Shown piece by piece: positions 45,898 to 55,937 of a stretch of DNA of 64,000 nucleotides; positions within the stretch are counted from its first letter, which is position 1, and every line of letters begins with the position of its first letter. A model generated the notes under the pieces. It searched no databases. It had not been told where the DNA came from and saw only the letters and a list, made by a program, of their open reading frames with translations. Location of the stretch: NCBI GenBank assembly GCA_000004985.1, contig GG738896.1; one strand, written 5' to 3'. Origin of the DNA: Naegleria gruberi (Eukaryota). Both the position numbers and the translations under genes were made by a program.

Positions 45898-47658
45898 TTA
45901 CTTTCTCTTCTTCTTCTTATTCTCCTCAGTTGCCAAACTAGTCAACTCTCCTCTTTCCAAACTTTTAAATTGTGCAAGATCTTTTTCTCCAACAACAGCA
46001 GCCATATTAGCCAAATAGGTATCAATCATTTCTTCATTGGTAATATTCATCTCAACATAATAAGGAGTTCCATACCAAGTATCCCAATCATTTTCCTCAC
46101 TAAACACTTTTTCAATGTCATTAATTGGAATTCTGTCCTTTCTTCCCTTTCTTGGGATTTTACATGCTTGGCAATAGTAAAAGTGATTGTGAAGTTGGTA
46201 GTGAACTATTACAACAACGTGGTCATTTAAAAGTTTGCCATGAATGAAGAATCCTTTTCTGAAAAGCTCAATTGGGTTTTTGAATATAATTTCCAAACTG
46301 CAAAATCTCTCAAATTCCATAATTCCAATGCTTTTGTAATTCTGTTTGGTGACTTGGCAATTTTCAACCTTGTCAATGTCAATTGTGTTTCTGAATTTGA
46401 TGATAAATATTTCAGTATCTTGTTTCAAGTAAGCATCAAATAGAGAATAACAAATATCGAAACAGAAAGAGCTGGTTGATGTATCAAAGTATGCGAATCC
46501 AATACGACAAGTGGCAGCTTGAGTCTCTCTTTCAAAATCAAGTTGTTGAGCTGTAGAAGTTCCCAATGCCTTCTTAATAATGAGATAGACCCCATTCAAA
46601 AGTGAACTTCCTCCATCAGGATTACAACAAGTAGTAAATTCAATTTTTGAATAGTCCTTGAACTCATCTTTGAGATAATCTTTTTGTCTATTGACATAGT
46701 CTTCCAATTTTTCAACAGAAATATATTCTTCGACTAATTTTCTGAAATAGGCATGTGAAACAAAGCCACCACATACAATAACATTCTTACAACGATATTG
46801 AAGGATAACATCAAGAATTGGTTCAGCAATCTCTGCAACACCCTCTGTGAAACAACTTTCCAAATTGGAATATTGCTCCGGTAACTTGTCAGAATCTCTG
46901 TCATTGAAAAGTGCCTTCATTACCATCATTGTATCAATTGAACTATCCATCTTCTTGATCTTCTCATGAATGAGTGAGATTCCTCTTGTTTCACCACTCA
47001 CTTGAATGATTTTTTCATCTTTCTTAACAATTGAATCAGAAGTCAAACAACCAACATCTACAACAATACAGCTACTTGAATCATCTAAATGGAGGAGTAA
47101 TGAATATTCCTCAATGATGTAAACATCACTCATTCCAATAGAACTGTTTAAGAAGGTCATTCCAATAACTTCATGAGCAATTTTCTTGAATCTCCTCTTA
47201 ACTTCAATGTCAGTATCGGTTGGAACTGTGAAAATGAAGCATTTAGCTTCATAACAATTCTTTTCTCCCTTTTTAGGAAATGTACATGAAGTCATGAGTA
47301 ATTTCAAAAACTCTTTCAACAAATATTCAACTTGAAACTCTTTTCCTTCAACAGAAATAGTTTTTTGATCCAATACAGTGAACCATTTCTTGATGCTTGG
47401 AAATAAAATTGAAGAATCTGAAACTTTTTGTAAAGAAAACTTCTTTGAAAGTTTACAATAGTAAAGCCAGGTCTTTACAAATTCAACACTTGTTCCAAAA
47501 TCTGATGAAGATTTCATAGGAGAGAAAGTAATAGTATCACAATTCAAACTGTTTCCCTTAATTTGAAACTTCTTTCCTTTACAAAAGCTTGATCCAATGT
47601 CAAATGCCAAAATATTGGAATATTCACTTTTCAAGTTGAAAACTCCTGAATTGAACAA
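45898..47658 (-). CDS. Actin/Hsp70-superfamily (ASKHA) ATPase-fold protein, HSPA12-like; the N-terminus may extend into the assembly gap
   Basis: Phosphate-1-like ILAFDIGSSF, phosphate-2-like IVVDVGCLTSDS and adenosine-motif-like NVIVCGGFVSHAYFRKLV lie in the order expected for the actin/Hsp70 fold. 586 aa. The upstream 160 bp abut N-gap 47823-48127. Confidence 0.45.
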   Translation of the reverse strand: MFNSGVFNLKSEYSNILAFDIGSSFCKGKKFQIKGNSLNCDTITFSPMKSSSDFGTSVEFVKTWLYYCKLSKKFSLQKVSDSSILFPSIKKWFTVLDQKTISVEGKEFQVEYLLKEFLKLLMTSCTFPKKGEKNCYEAKCFIFTVPTDTDIEVKRRFKKIAHEVIGMTFLNSSIGMSDVYIIEEYSLLLHLDDSSSCIVVDVGCLTSDSIVKKDEKIIQVSGETRGISLIHEKIKKMDSSIDTMMVMKALFNDRDSDKLPEQYSNLESCFTEGVAEIAEPILDVILQYRCKNVIVCGGFVSHAYFRKLVEEYISVEKLEDYVNRQKDYLKDEFKDYSKIEFTTCCNPDGGSSLLNGVYLIIKKALGTSTAQQLDFERETQAATCRIGFAYFDTSTSSFCFDICYSLFDAYLKQDTEIFIIKFRNTIDIDKVENCQVTKQNYKSIGIMEFERFCSLEIIFKNPIELFRKGFFIHGKLLNDHVVVIVHYQLHNHFYYCQACKIPRKGRKDRIPINDIEKVFSEENDWDTWYGTPYYVEMNITNEEMIDTYLANMAAVVGEKDLAQFKSLERGELTSLATEENKKKKRK

Positions 47659-47822
47659 TCTTCGACTGGATCTAAATTGTCTCTAGGTAATTCTCCAAGT
47701 TTGTCAAGTTCAATTTTAAGATCGTCAAGATATTTATCAATCTACTGACATTCGAATAGAAGATCAACTCTACTTACCTGACTATCAGTTGGAATATGAT
47801 CTTTCAAAGATTTTGAAACTGG

Positions 47823-48127
47823 NNNNNNNNNNNNNNNNNNNNNNNNNNNNNNNNNNNNNNNNNNNNNNNNNNNNNNNNNNNNNNNNNNNNNNNNNNNNNN
47901 NNNNNNNNNNNNNNNNNNNNNNNNNNNNNNNNNNNNNNNNNNNNNNNNNNNNNNNNNNNNNNNNNNNNNNNNNNNNNNNNNNNNNNNNNNNNNNNNNNNN
48001 NNNNNNNNNNNNNNNNNNNNNNNNNNNNNNNNNNNNNNNNNNNNNNNNNNNNNNNNNNNNNNNNNNNNNNNNNNNNNNNNNNNNNNNNNNNNNNNNNNNN
48101 NNNNNNNNNNNNNNNNNNNNNNNNNNN
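47823..48127. other. Assembly gap (305 N)
   Basis: Run of N. The ORF-track entries with poly-X are artefacts. Confidence 1.
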
Positions 48128-48174
48128 CAATATCCGAAACTACAAATAATCCAATTTCTAATCATGATCAAACT

Positions 48175-49182
48175 TTGGAACAAATTTTGGATGAACATTG
48201 TCGAATGATGTTTTTGGATATTCTATTCGATATGAAAGAGTTTACGATGGATGAAATATTTGATAGGAATGATGGAGATATTAATTGTGAAATGGAAAGT
48301 GTTGTAGAATCATTCAAGGGATGTCCAAAAAATGGATGGAATTCAGTATTGGATCAATATTCGTATAAAGTTTATGCTAATTTGTGGATTAATTATCCTA
48401 AACTGAGAGAAATATTTGCGAAATCATTGATAGTGTTTGTTCCAGTAGAAGTGATTGTGAACTATGATCAATTTTTTAGATTAATTAATAAGGGAGAAAT
48501 CTCAATGAATCAACTGAAATTTATTCGAATTCAAGGGGATAGAACTCGAGAATTAAAATTGGAAATAGGGAATGAATCTTTCTTACTGGTTGATGTTAAG
48601 AAATACACAACATTAGGCAATAGACAAGCCCGTTTAAGGAGATGGCAAGAACTTAATTCCAATGCCAAATTTGGAATCGTTATTCAAAGTCTCATTAGTT
48701 TCGATCATCCTTTTGAATTTTCTGAATATGAATTCTTTGATTCGATTGGAATTATCAAAGAATATTTAACCCATAAGGCATCAAAGGAATTGCGAATTGT
48801 TTTCATGTTTACAATGGCCGATTTACTATATGAAAAATCAACTTTCCAATCCAAGAATTTGAAAGAACCCACTAGAGATCGAATAGAATTGAAACATATT
48901 GGAAATATGAATAAGGAACGAGATTTGATTAATTCAGTTCTTGACTTTTATCAAAACGTGTTTGAGACTTTCAGAGAGAATGAAAAATTCGAGTATCATA
49001 TTATTAATAATCTGTCCACTGATGAATCATATCAAGCACTGATAGAATCGAATAAGGAAAACGATGATCCAACCAAGCAGGTCATTATTTCTAGATCATT
49101 GATAAGGCGTTCGCTGGGAGTTTTATACAAAATGATTGGTCAATCACAATTATCAGATGTAAGCATTCGTATCACCGATTAG
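48175..49182 (+). CDS. Hypothetical protein, 5' end uncertain; the gene begins inside a dispersed repeat next to the gap
   Basis: 335-aa ORF with no recognised motif. Its first ~10 codons lie in repeat 48128-48197, so the real N-terminus may be in the gap or downstream. Confidence 0.4.
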   Translation: MEQILDEHCRMMFLDILFDMKEFTMDEIFDRNDGDINCEMESVVESFKGCPKNGWNSVLDQYSYKVYANLWINYPKLREIFAKSLIVFVPVEVIVNYDQFFRLINKGEISMNQLKFIRIQGDRTRELKLEIGNESFLLVDVKKYTTLGNRQARLRRWQELNSNAKFGIVIQSLISFDHPFEFSEYEFFDSIGIIKEYLTHKASKELRIVFMFTMADLLYEKSTFQSKNLKEPTRDRIELKHIGNMNKERDLINSVLDFYQNVFETFRENEKFEYHIINNLSTDESYQALIESNKENDDPTKQVIISRSLIRRSLGVLYKMIGQSQLSDVSIRITD

Positions 49183-49734
49183 AAAAGAAATAATATTGAA
49201 AAGAAACTTTGACTAGTTTCGAATAAGCTGTTGTTTAAATTCAGAGATTAGAGATTCACCAAGTTCTAGGCTACTCAAATGTATAGGCGAAAATAGTGAT
49301 GATTTAATTATCAATATATATATCCATATATCAATTATTATAATTTAATTCTTGATCTTTTGGAACCAGAGGAAGTTGAAATTGATATTGGTGATGATAT
49401 GGATGATGATCCAATCCAACCAGTTACTCATCAATCAAGTGGAGGATATGATCCAGAATTTGAAGAAATGAAGAAGAAATTCAAAAAACCAACTGGTGCC
49501 TCAGAAGGTTGTGTTAATTGCATTATGAAGGAATATATGAAGACTAAAGCTAACACTGAAAAGTTTGGTATTGGTGCTAATCCTGACAATGTAAGCTATG
49601 AGCTTTTACAATTCAACTCTTCCTGGGCCTTCAAAGAAGACAATTTCGAGAGTCATTTTGATTTAGAGTTATATGTTTTTGTTGGATAGGTTGAAATAAT
49701 ATTGTAAAGTGATGATAATTTTGACATGGTGAAT

Positions 49735-49854
49735 GGCTACGGCCATATCACGATGAATGCACCTCATCCCGTCCGATTTGAGAAGTTAAGCATCGTAGAG
49801 CCACATCAGTACTGAGGTTGGAGACAACTTGGGAACCTGTGGTGCTGTAGTCTT
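49735..49854 (+). rRNA. 5S ribosomal RNA, copy 2
   Basis: Identical to copy 1 except for one substitution (CATCGTAGAGCC vs CATCGTCGAGCC). Followed by TTTTT. Confidence 0.9.
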
Positions 49855-49989
49855 TTTAACTTTTCCTTAATGTTGATTTCAAAAAAAGCAATACAAAGCC
49901 GAAATTGGTCCCACTAAGGAAATGAAAGGAAATGAGGGTATTATTCCAAAATAAATAATATATAAAACATAGTTCCCTGACGATGATTA

Positions 49990-50460
49990 TTAATATGATT
50001 GGTTGCTGTTATTCGAATGCCAAGCGGCTAATGATGTCACAGGTAAAAAATCTTCCAATCCAATCTTTTTCAAAGATGATGTTTCAATGTAAGTAATGTA
50101 ACCAGTACGTCTTGCAATATCTTCTCCTTCCTCAAAGGTAATTGGCTTTCGAAGATTTGAGTGTTGGAATACAGAATACCTTTCGTCAATTTTACACTCA
50201 CATCCCTTTTGCTTTCGTGCGTATATCAGGAATGAATTTTTCAATTGACAATGTCAAAGACTTCAATGACCAGACAGAGAAACAAACACAACATAAATTG
50301 GCAATTGGATAAAATACAGTTTTTGTTCCATAACCTGTACGACAAGCTAAATTCCACATTTTCATACTAACTGTATTCTCCTTCAATTGAACTCACAATT
50401 ATCATAAATTTCTGGAAAATTTTCATATAATCCATCTGTTCACTTGTTAATTTTAGAATT
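49990..50460 (-). pseudogene. Rho-family small-GTPase-like sequence, fragmented: at least two frameshifts, no P-loop found, degenerate switch II
   Basis: Minus-strand segments align in order to Rho. ENFPEIYDNCEFN fits FPxxYxPTVFDNYSAN. KMWNLACRTGY fits LWDTAGQEDY, with the catalytic Gln lost. CFSVWSLKSLTLSIEKFIPDIR fits CFSxxSPxSxENxxEKWxPEV. KPITFEEGEDIARRTGYITYIETSS fits the EEG...A...YxECSA block. These segments lie in three different frames separated by stops, and I found no GxxxxGKT upstream. Confidence 0.45.
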
Positions 50461-50767
50461 TCATGAATTCAATAAATTTTGCTATAATTAATATTTCCAC
50501 TTTTGGCAACCCATTTCATTTAATTCATTAACTTTCACTTGGTAGTTTCGATTTGTTTCATCCTCAAATAATCTTCCATCAAAAGAGATCGTGAGAATGG
50601 ATAATAATTATTAGAAATCAATAAAAGGTTTCCGATAGTATGTAAATCTAGAAATTTAATTCAGTGATCGATCTTTCTAATAACATTTTTTTGAGCTAAT
50701 ATTTCAAACTATTTCAAACTAAATATACATTGCCGAAACTGAGCTTGGCAATACATGTACAGGGCTG

Positions 50768-52225
50768 TTAATGCGACTTGTTATGTTGAAATAAATCTTG
50801 TATGCAACGAAAAGGACTTTCCAAACTTAAACAAGCAATTATTATAATATCCTTATCATTTCTTATTAATGGATCTTCAACAAATTCAAGTAAACTTCCT
50901 CGTCTGTAAACAGCTTCCTTTACAACATCATAATCATTCCTAAGCACATAGGACGCAAATTTGATTGATTCTGGATTGCTTTTGACAGAAGCCAGCATGA
51001 TTTCCTTATTATTTCTTAATGAAATAGGGACATGCTCAATTGCATTTCCACTGGGGAATGTAACAGCATCTAAAACAATATCAAAATCATCCTGTAGTTC
51101 CTTAGGTACAAACTTTAAAGCATCACCATTCCATCTTACTGCAATTTTAGCAATTTCCTTTTTGTTTTTCAATCGGTCAGAGGCAAATTGTAAAGCTAGT
51201 CCATTTTTCTCCACTGCAATTCGAACTATTTCTTCATCATCCTTAAATTCCTCACTTGTATTTTTAAGGGAAAGTGGCGAATAACCAACACATTCCTTTA
51301 CAATAGCCCGTAAATATTCCTGTTTGAGTTTACAATTCTCTTCAAAATCCTGTGTTAAAAATATCCTTTCATTCCACATTTGAAATTCATGGGCTATTTC
51401 CAACATCTCCTTGTGTGTGAAGGGTTTCGTTTCATGCGACATTAACCTCTTTACAATGTTTTTCACATCACTATTGCTCTCCTCTTCTCTATAATCGTAG
51501 TAAAACTTGAAATCATGGTACGTTTCATAATTGTGAAATCTGAAAAAATCACCATAAATATTAATGGCAACAGAGTGTAATTCCTTTTTAAGTCTGAGAG
51601 AAGCAAAATCATAAGCAATTACTTCATCACAAGCAAAATCATCGATAGCATCGTTATTGAACAAATAAAAAGCATCTGAATACATGGCTGCTATCACAAC
51701 ATCCACATCATCTCGCAATTCTTTTGAAGCAAATTCAAGAGCTAGCCCACAAGTAGAGACAGCTGCCAAAGCTGCTTTCTTATTGTTTCCACATTCTTTT
51801 TGATACCAATCAAGAGAACAAGGATTAAGTGCACATGCCACTTGACTAAACTCCTCATAAATATATAAATTCAACGTCCCTCCAATGTCAATACTATCTT
51901 CACTGCTAAATTTAAATAATTCTTCCGTAATATATTGTCCATCTCTTTTCCAATTCAATTTTAATTGTTCAAAAGCAAATTCCCTTTCATCATTGTCTTG
52001 ATTACATTTTTCAAAGGCCTTTAGGATAGGGTGAATAATCAATTCGTATTTCACATTTTTTGGAACATCACGAATTTGTTGCATTAAAATTGGAGATTTA
52101 AAACTTTGATCGAGAAGTATTCGTACATGGGAAGAGTTGGAATTGATATTGTCGTAGGTTGCCTTCTTTTTGAGAGGAGGTGAGGAAACGGAATTCTCTA
52201 GGCAACTTCTTTTCATTTTTTCCAC
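50768..52225 (-). CDS. DUF4116-repeat protein (third paralogue in the window)
   Basis: C-terminal two-thirds consist of repeats such as VGYSPLSLKNTSEEFKDDEEIVRIAVEKNGLALQFASDRLKNKKEIAKIAVRWNGDALKFVPKELQDDFDIVLDAV, the same motif family as 10446-12341 and the middle of 39738-43062. Confidence 0.65.
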   Translation of the reverse strand: MEKMKRSCLENSVSSPPLKKKATYDNINSNSSHVRILLDQSFKSPILMQQIRDVPKNVKYELIIHPILKAFEKCNQDNDEREFAFEQLKLNWKRDGQYITEELFKFSSEDSIDIGGTLNLYIYEEFSQVACALNPCSLDWYQKECGNNKKAALAAVSTCGLALEFASKELRDDVDVVIAAMYSDAFYLFNNDAIDDFACDEVIAYDFASLRLKKELHSVAINIYGDFFRFHNYETYHDFKFYYDYREEESNSDVKNIVKRLMSHETKPFTHKEMLEIAHEFQMWNERIFLTQDFEENCKLKQEYLRAIVKECVGYSPLSLKNTSEEFKDDEEIVRIAVEKNGLALQFASDRLKNKKEIAKIAVRWNGDALKFVPKELQDDFDIVLDAVTFPSGNAIEHVPISLRNNKEIMLASVKSNPESIKFASYVLRNDYDVVKEAVYRRGSLLEFVEDPLIRNDKDIIIIACLSLESPFRCIQDLFQHNKSH

Positions 52226-52551
52226 TTTCGAATTTTAATTTTCATGCTATGAAATAGATAGAATTTCGTCCATTGATCAATGGTATAGAGGCGATTGGAA
52301 TAGTTTGAGACATTTTGGAGTTGAAACAAGAGATGATGAAATATTCTTCCTTTACGACATTTTTGGAAAAAAATAGAGTCAAAGTTGAGGGATCCAAAAA
52401 AGGAAATACTAAATATTTTTAAAAAATAAAAACGGAATTATGGAGCATATCATCTACACGATCAACTGACTAAAAATCGACAAAAAATAACATATATTGA
52501 ACTAGAAAATATAAAATTATTAATCATTACCCCCCATTTAAATCATTAAAA

Positions 52552-52670
52552 AGACTACAGCACCACAGGTTCCCAAGTTGTCTCCAACCTCAGTACTGAT
52601 GTGGCTCGACGATGCTTAACTTCTCAAATCGGACGGGATGAGGTGCATGAATCGTGATATGGCCGTAGCC
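52552..52670 (-). rRNA. 5S ribosomal RNA, copy 3 (minus strand)
   Basis: The reverse complement equals copy 1 except that GATGAATG reads GATTCATG, i.e. the GAA trinucleotide is reverse-complemented. It shares the ~30-nt upstream flank TTGATAAATCTTAATTTA[A/T]GATATTTAAT with copy 1 and is followed by a T-run. Confidence 0.9.
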
Positions 52671-52859
52671 ATTAAATATCATAAATTAAGATTTATCAAA
52701 AGAATGTGCTCTGATTCGAATATGGAATAAACTCAGGTATGCAATTAGGATGAATACTACATTCACCAATTCTAAATATACAGATTCAAATTGATGAGTT
52801 TGTGGATTATGTTATACTAGTAATATTCTAATTTTGGAAAGTTTAATTTTAAAAAAAAA

Positions 52860-54481
52860 ATGTCTCAATTAGAAATTGCTGCGCAAGCAGTTGATTGTTA
52901 TGTTGACGAAATTAAAGGATGGTGCAAGTGCAAGGTTTATATTTATGAGCCATCAAATGAGAAAGTTTGGAAAGATGCAGAATTGAGTGGTTTGTGCACG
53001 TAAGTTTTATTGGAAATGTTTCGAAATGAGAATTTATTGGTTGGTAGAATTCATTTACAGTTACTGTCGAATACGATTTCGTTGAATGTTACAAATTTAA
53101 TAACGAAACAAGTTTCATTCAAAGNNNNNNNNNNNNNNNNNNNNNNNNNNNNNNNNNNNNNNNNNNNNNNNNNNNNNNNNNNNNNNNNNNNNNNNNNNNN
53201 NNNNNNNNNNNNNNNNNNNNNNNNNNNNNNNNNNNNNNNNNNNNNNNNNNNNNNNNNNNNNNNNNNNNNNNNNNNNNNNNNNNNNNNNNNNNNNNNNNNN
53301 NNNNNNNNNNNNNNNNNNNNNNNNNNNNNNNNNNNNNNNNNNNNNNNNNNNNNNNNNNNNNNNNNNNNNNNNNNNNNNNNNNNNNNNNNNNNNNNNNNNN
53401 NNNNNNNNNNNNNNNNNNNNNNNNNNNNNNNNNNNNNNNNNNNNNNNNNNNNNNNNNNNNNNNNNNNNNNNNNNNNNNNNNNNNNNNNNNNNNNNNNNNN
53501 NNNNNNNNNNNNNNNNNNNNNNNNNNNNNNNNNNNNNNNNNNNNNNNNNNNNNNNNNNNNNNNNNNNNNNNNNNNNNNNNNNNNNNNNNNNNNNNNNNNN
53601 NNNNNNNNNNNNNNNNNNNNNNNNNNNNNNNNNNNNNNNNNNNNNNNNNNNNNNNNNNNNNNNNNNNNNNNNNNNNNNNNNNNNNNNNNNNNNNNNNNNN
53701 NNNNNNNNNNNNNNNNNNNNNNNNNNNNNNNNNNNNNNNNNNNNNNNNNNNNNNNNNNNNNNNNNNNNNNNNNNNNNNNNNNNNNNNNNNNNNNNNNNNN
53801 NNNNNNNNNNNNNNNNNNNNNNNNNNNNNNNNNNNNNNNNNNNNNNNNNNNNNNNNNNNNNNNNNNNNNNNNNNNNNNNNNNNNNNNNNNNNNNNNNNNN
53901 NNNNNNNNNNNTGCAAAGAGAATGGTAGGAGAAGATTACTTCCTTGCCATATTGCATCTCAGTCTGGAAATGTGGAGATTTTGGAATTTTTGATTGACCA
54001 CGCTTGTAAATATTATCTGAATAATAGTACAAAACTTCAACAGTTGAGTGAATTTAACAATGCATCTATTTTCAATAATTCATTGAATGAGTTCATAAAA
54101 CAATTTCTTTCAATCAAAACCCAAGATGTAAATAGTCAAACTCCACTTCACTTGGCAGTTCGGGAAGGTCACACTTCTTGTGTAAAACTATTACTTGAAA
54201 AGGGTGCTGATCCACTTTCAGTTGATCATATTGGTAAAACAGTAGTTGATTATTCAAGAATGAACTTTATTAATAAGCATGTTATCATTGAAGAATTGCA
54301 AAAGTATGTGGATTTTGCAATCTTACCTCCACTAGAACCAATACCTATCATTCCAAACATTGCTGAGTCAGAATCTATTGAAGAAGAAATAATTGTAAAT
54401 CAAGAACCAGAGCTACAATCTGAATCAAGCAATTCTAATCAAGAACAAGATGAAGAAAATGAGAACATTTATTTTATGTGA
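52860..54481 (+). CDS. Ankyrin-repeat protein spanning assembly gap 53125-53911; first exon 52860-52999, 48-nt intron (53000-53047)
   Basis: ATG at 52860 encodes MSQLEIAAQAVDCYVDEIKGWCKCKVYIYEPSNEKVWKDAELSGLC. The donor gtaagtttt and acceptor ggtag join in frame to ORF 53010... After the gap the sequence reads CHIASQSGNVEILEFLI and TPLHLAVREGHTSCVKLLLEKGADP, which are ANK repeats, followed by an acidic C-terminal tail. Confidence 0.6.
53125..53911. other. Assembly gap (787 N)
   Basis: Run of N. Confidence 1.
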
Positions 54482-54575
54482 AACCTTCTTATGAGACAAG
54501 TATTTTTGAAATGGCACTTTCTAGTTTCATCCATTTTCAAATGGTTGATGTATTGAAGACACAACACAATAAAAA

Positions 54576-55100
54576 ATGGCCAAAAGAAAGACACCAAAAC
54601 CACTTGCCTCTCTTCGAATTCTCTCCTATTCCGATAAGAAGAAACTTCAGTCTCAACCACAATATAGAACCAGACGTTCAAAGCCACCAATCGATTGGGA
54701 ATTAACCATTTACAAATGTGATTCCTCTCAAATGTCTTCTGATGAATTTGTTACAACCTACTATCAGACTGATCCTAAAAACCCTGCATTGGAACGATTT
54801 GATGAGATTGAACTGACTGATTTTCTCTCCAATCATTGTGACATTTATCTGGAACAACTCAAGCCAATTCCATCATCTGTTTCAGTGGGAAACTCCAAGA
54901 AGAATAATCCAAGAGCAGAGTTTGAAGCCAATGATACCAATTGGTTGTCTGAATATTTCGAAGATATCTCATTTGCAAGTTTTGATTCACTTCCTACCAA
55001 ATACACAAATTGTGTTCTCACTGTAAATAACCCAATTTTAAAGAGAATGGTTTGTTATGGAGATGATGAAGCCGTGTATTGTTTTGAATTACAACTCTAA
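54576..55100 (+). CDS. Hypothetical protein (174 aa), basic N-terminus
   Basis: Uninterrupted ORF with no recognised motif. The N-terminus MAKRKTPKP is basic and NLS-like. Confidence 0.35.
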   Translation: MAKRKTPKPLASLRILSYSDKKKLQSQPQYRTRRSKPPIDWELTIYKCDSSQMSSDEFVTTYYQTDPKNPALERFDEIELTDFLSNHCDIYLEQLKPIPSSVSVGNSKKNNPRAEFEANDTNWLSEYFEDISFASFDSLPTKYTNCVLTVNNPILKRMVCYGDDEAVYCFELQL

Positions 55101-55188
55101 TACTAAAATTGTATTCTTTTTTAGAAGTGTGAATTGATTCTTTTGGTGGTGTCAGCTGTCTGTTTTAGACATTAAAAAAAATACAACA

Positions 55189-55731
55189 ATGCCTGTTTCT
55201 CAAGATTTGGAGGAAAAAGTGAAAAGTATGTTTGGTTTCATACCAAACAGTTTAGCAGAAATGTGCAAAGATCCTTTCACCATACAAGTTTACCTTCAAG
55301 GAATTAATTTAAAGAAGGAGCATGCCACTCTCACATTTATCCAACGTCACATTGTTGAATATATTGCTTCATCAATGAATGGTGATGAATACTGTACACA
55401 AATGCACGCCAAATTCCTGAAAACTAAAGCAGGATTTACCAATGAAGAATTATTGGAAATGAAATATGGAGGATTACCTTCAGCTAGTTCTCATCCCGAT
55501 GTTATTCCCATCATCAAACTTGTCCGTACCATCATCAATAAGAAAGGGAAATTATCACAGGAAGATATTAGTACATTTGAAAATATGAAAATTACAAGGG
55601 ATCAAATGTATGAAATTATAACATCAATTCATCTAAAATCCATACAAAATTATGTAAATAATTTGTCGAATCCAATCTTGGATGAACGTTTCTGTGATAA
55701 TGTTTCTCAAACAACAACAACACGAAAATAA
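55189..55731 (+). CDS. Carboxymuconolactone decarboxylase/AhpD-like (CMD family) protein
   Basis: IASSMNGDEYCTQMHAKF matches the CMD/AhpD core motif (N.C.YCxxxH) with its surrounding helical context. 180 aa, intronless. Confidence 0.55.
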   Translation: MPVSQDLEEKVKSMFGFIPNSLAEMCKDPFTIQVYLQGINLKKEHATLTFIQRHIVEYIASSMNGDEYCTQMHAKFLKTKAGFTNEELLEMKYGGLPSASSHPDVIPIIKLVRTIINKKGKLSQEDISTFENMKITRDQMYEIITSIHLKSIQNYVNNLSNPILDERFCDNVSQTTTTRK

Positions 55732-55937
55732 ATCATCACTTTTAAATTAGTATCTAAATATGATCAGGAAAATTGGATATTAATTTAAATAATAACAGAT
55801 AGAATATAATATTTAATAATTATTTACAGATCCGATCATTGCAAGTTTAATTTTCTGACCAGATCAAAAGCTCATTCAATGTTCGCTTTTTATTTATCGC
55901 GCCATCTGAATTTGGCGCCTCAAATGTACAAGTAAAT

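Noticed and set aside
47785-48208. ORF-track proteins consisting of poly-X (47785-48208, 47804-48130, 53010-54032, 53119-53916)
   Set aside because: These translate N-runs, i.e. assembly gaps.
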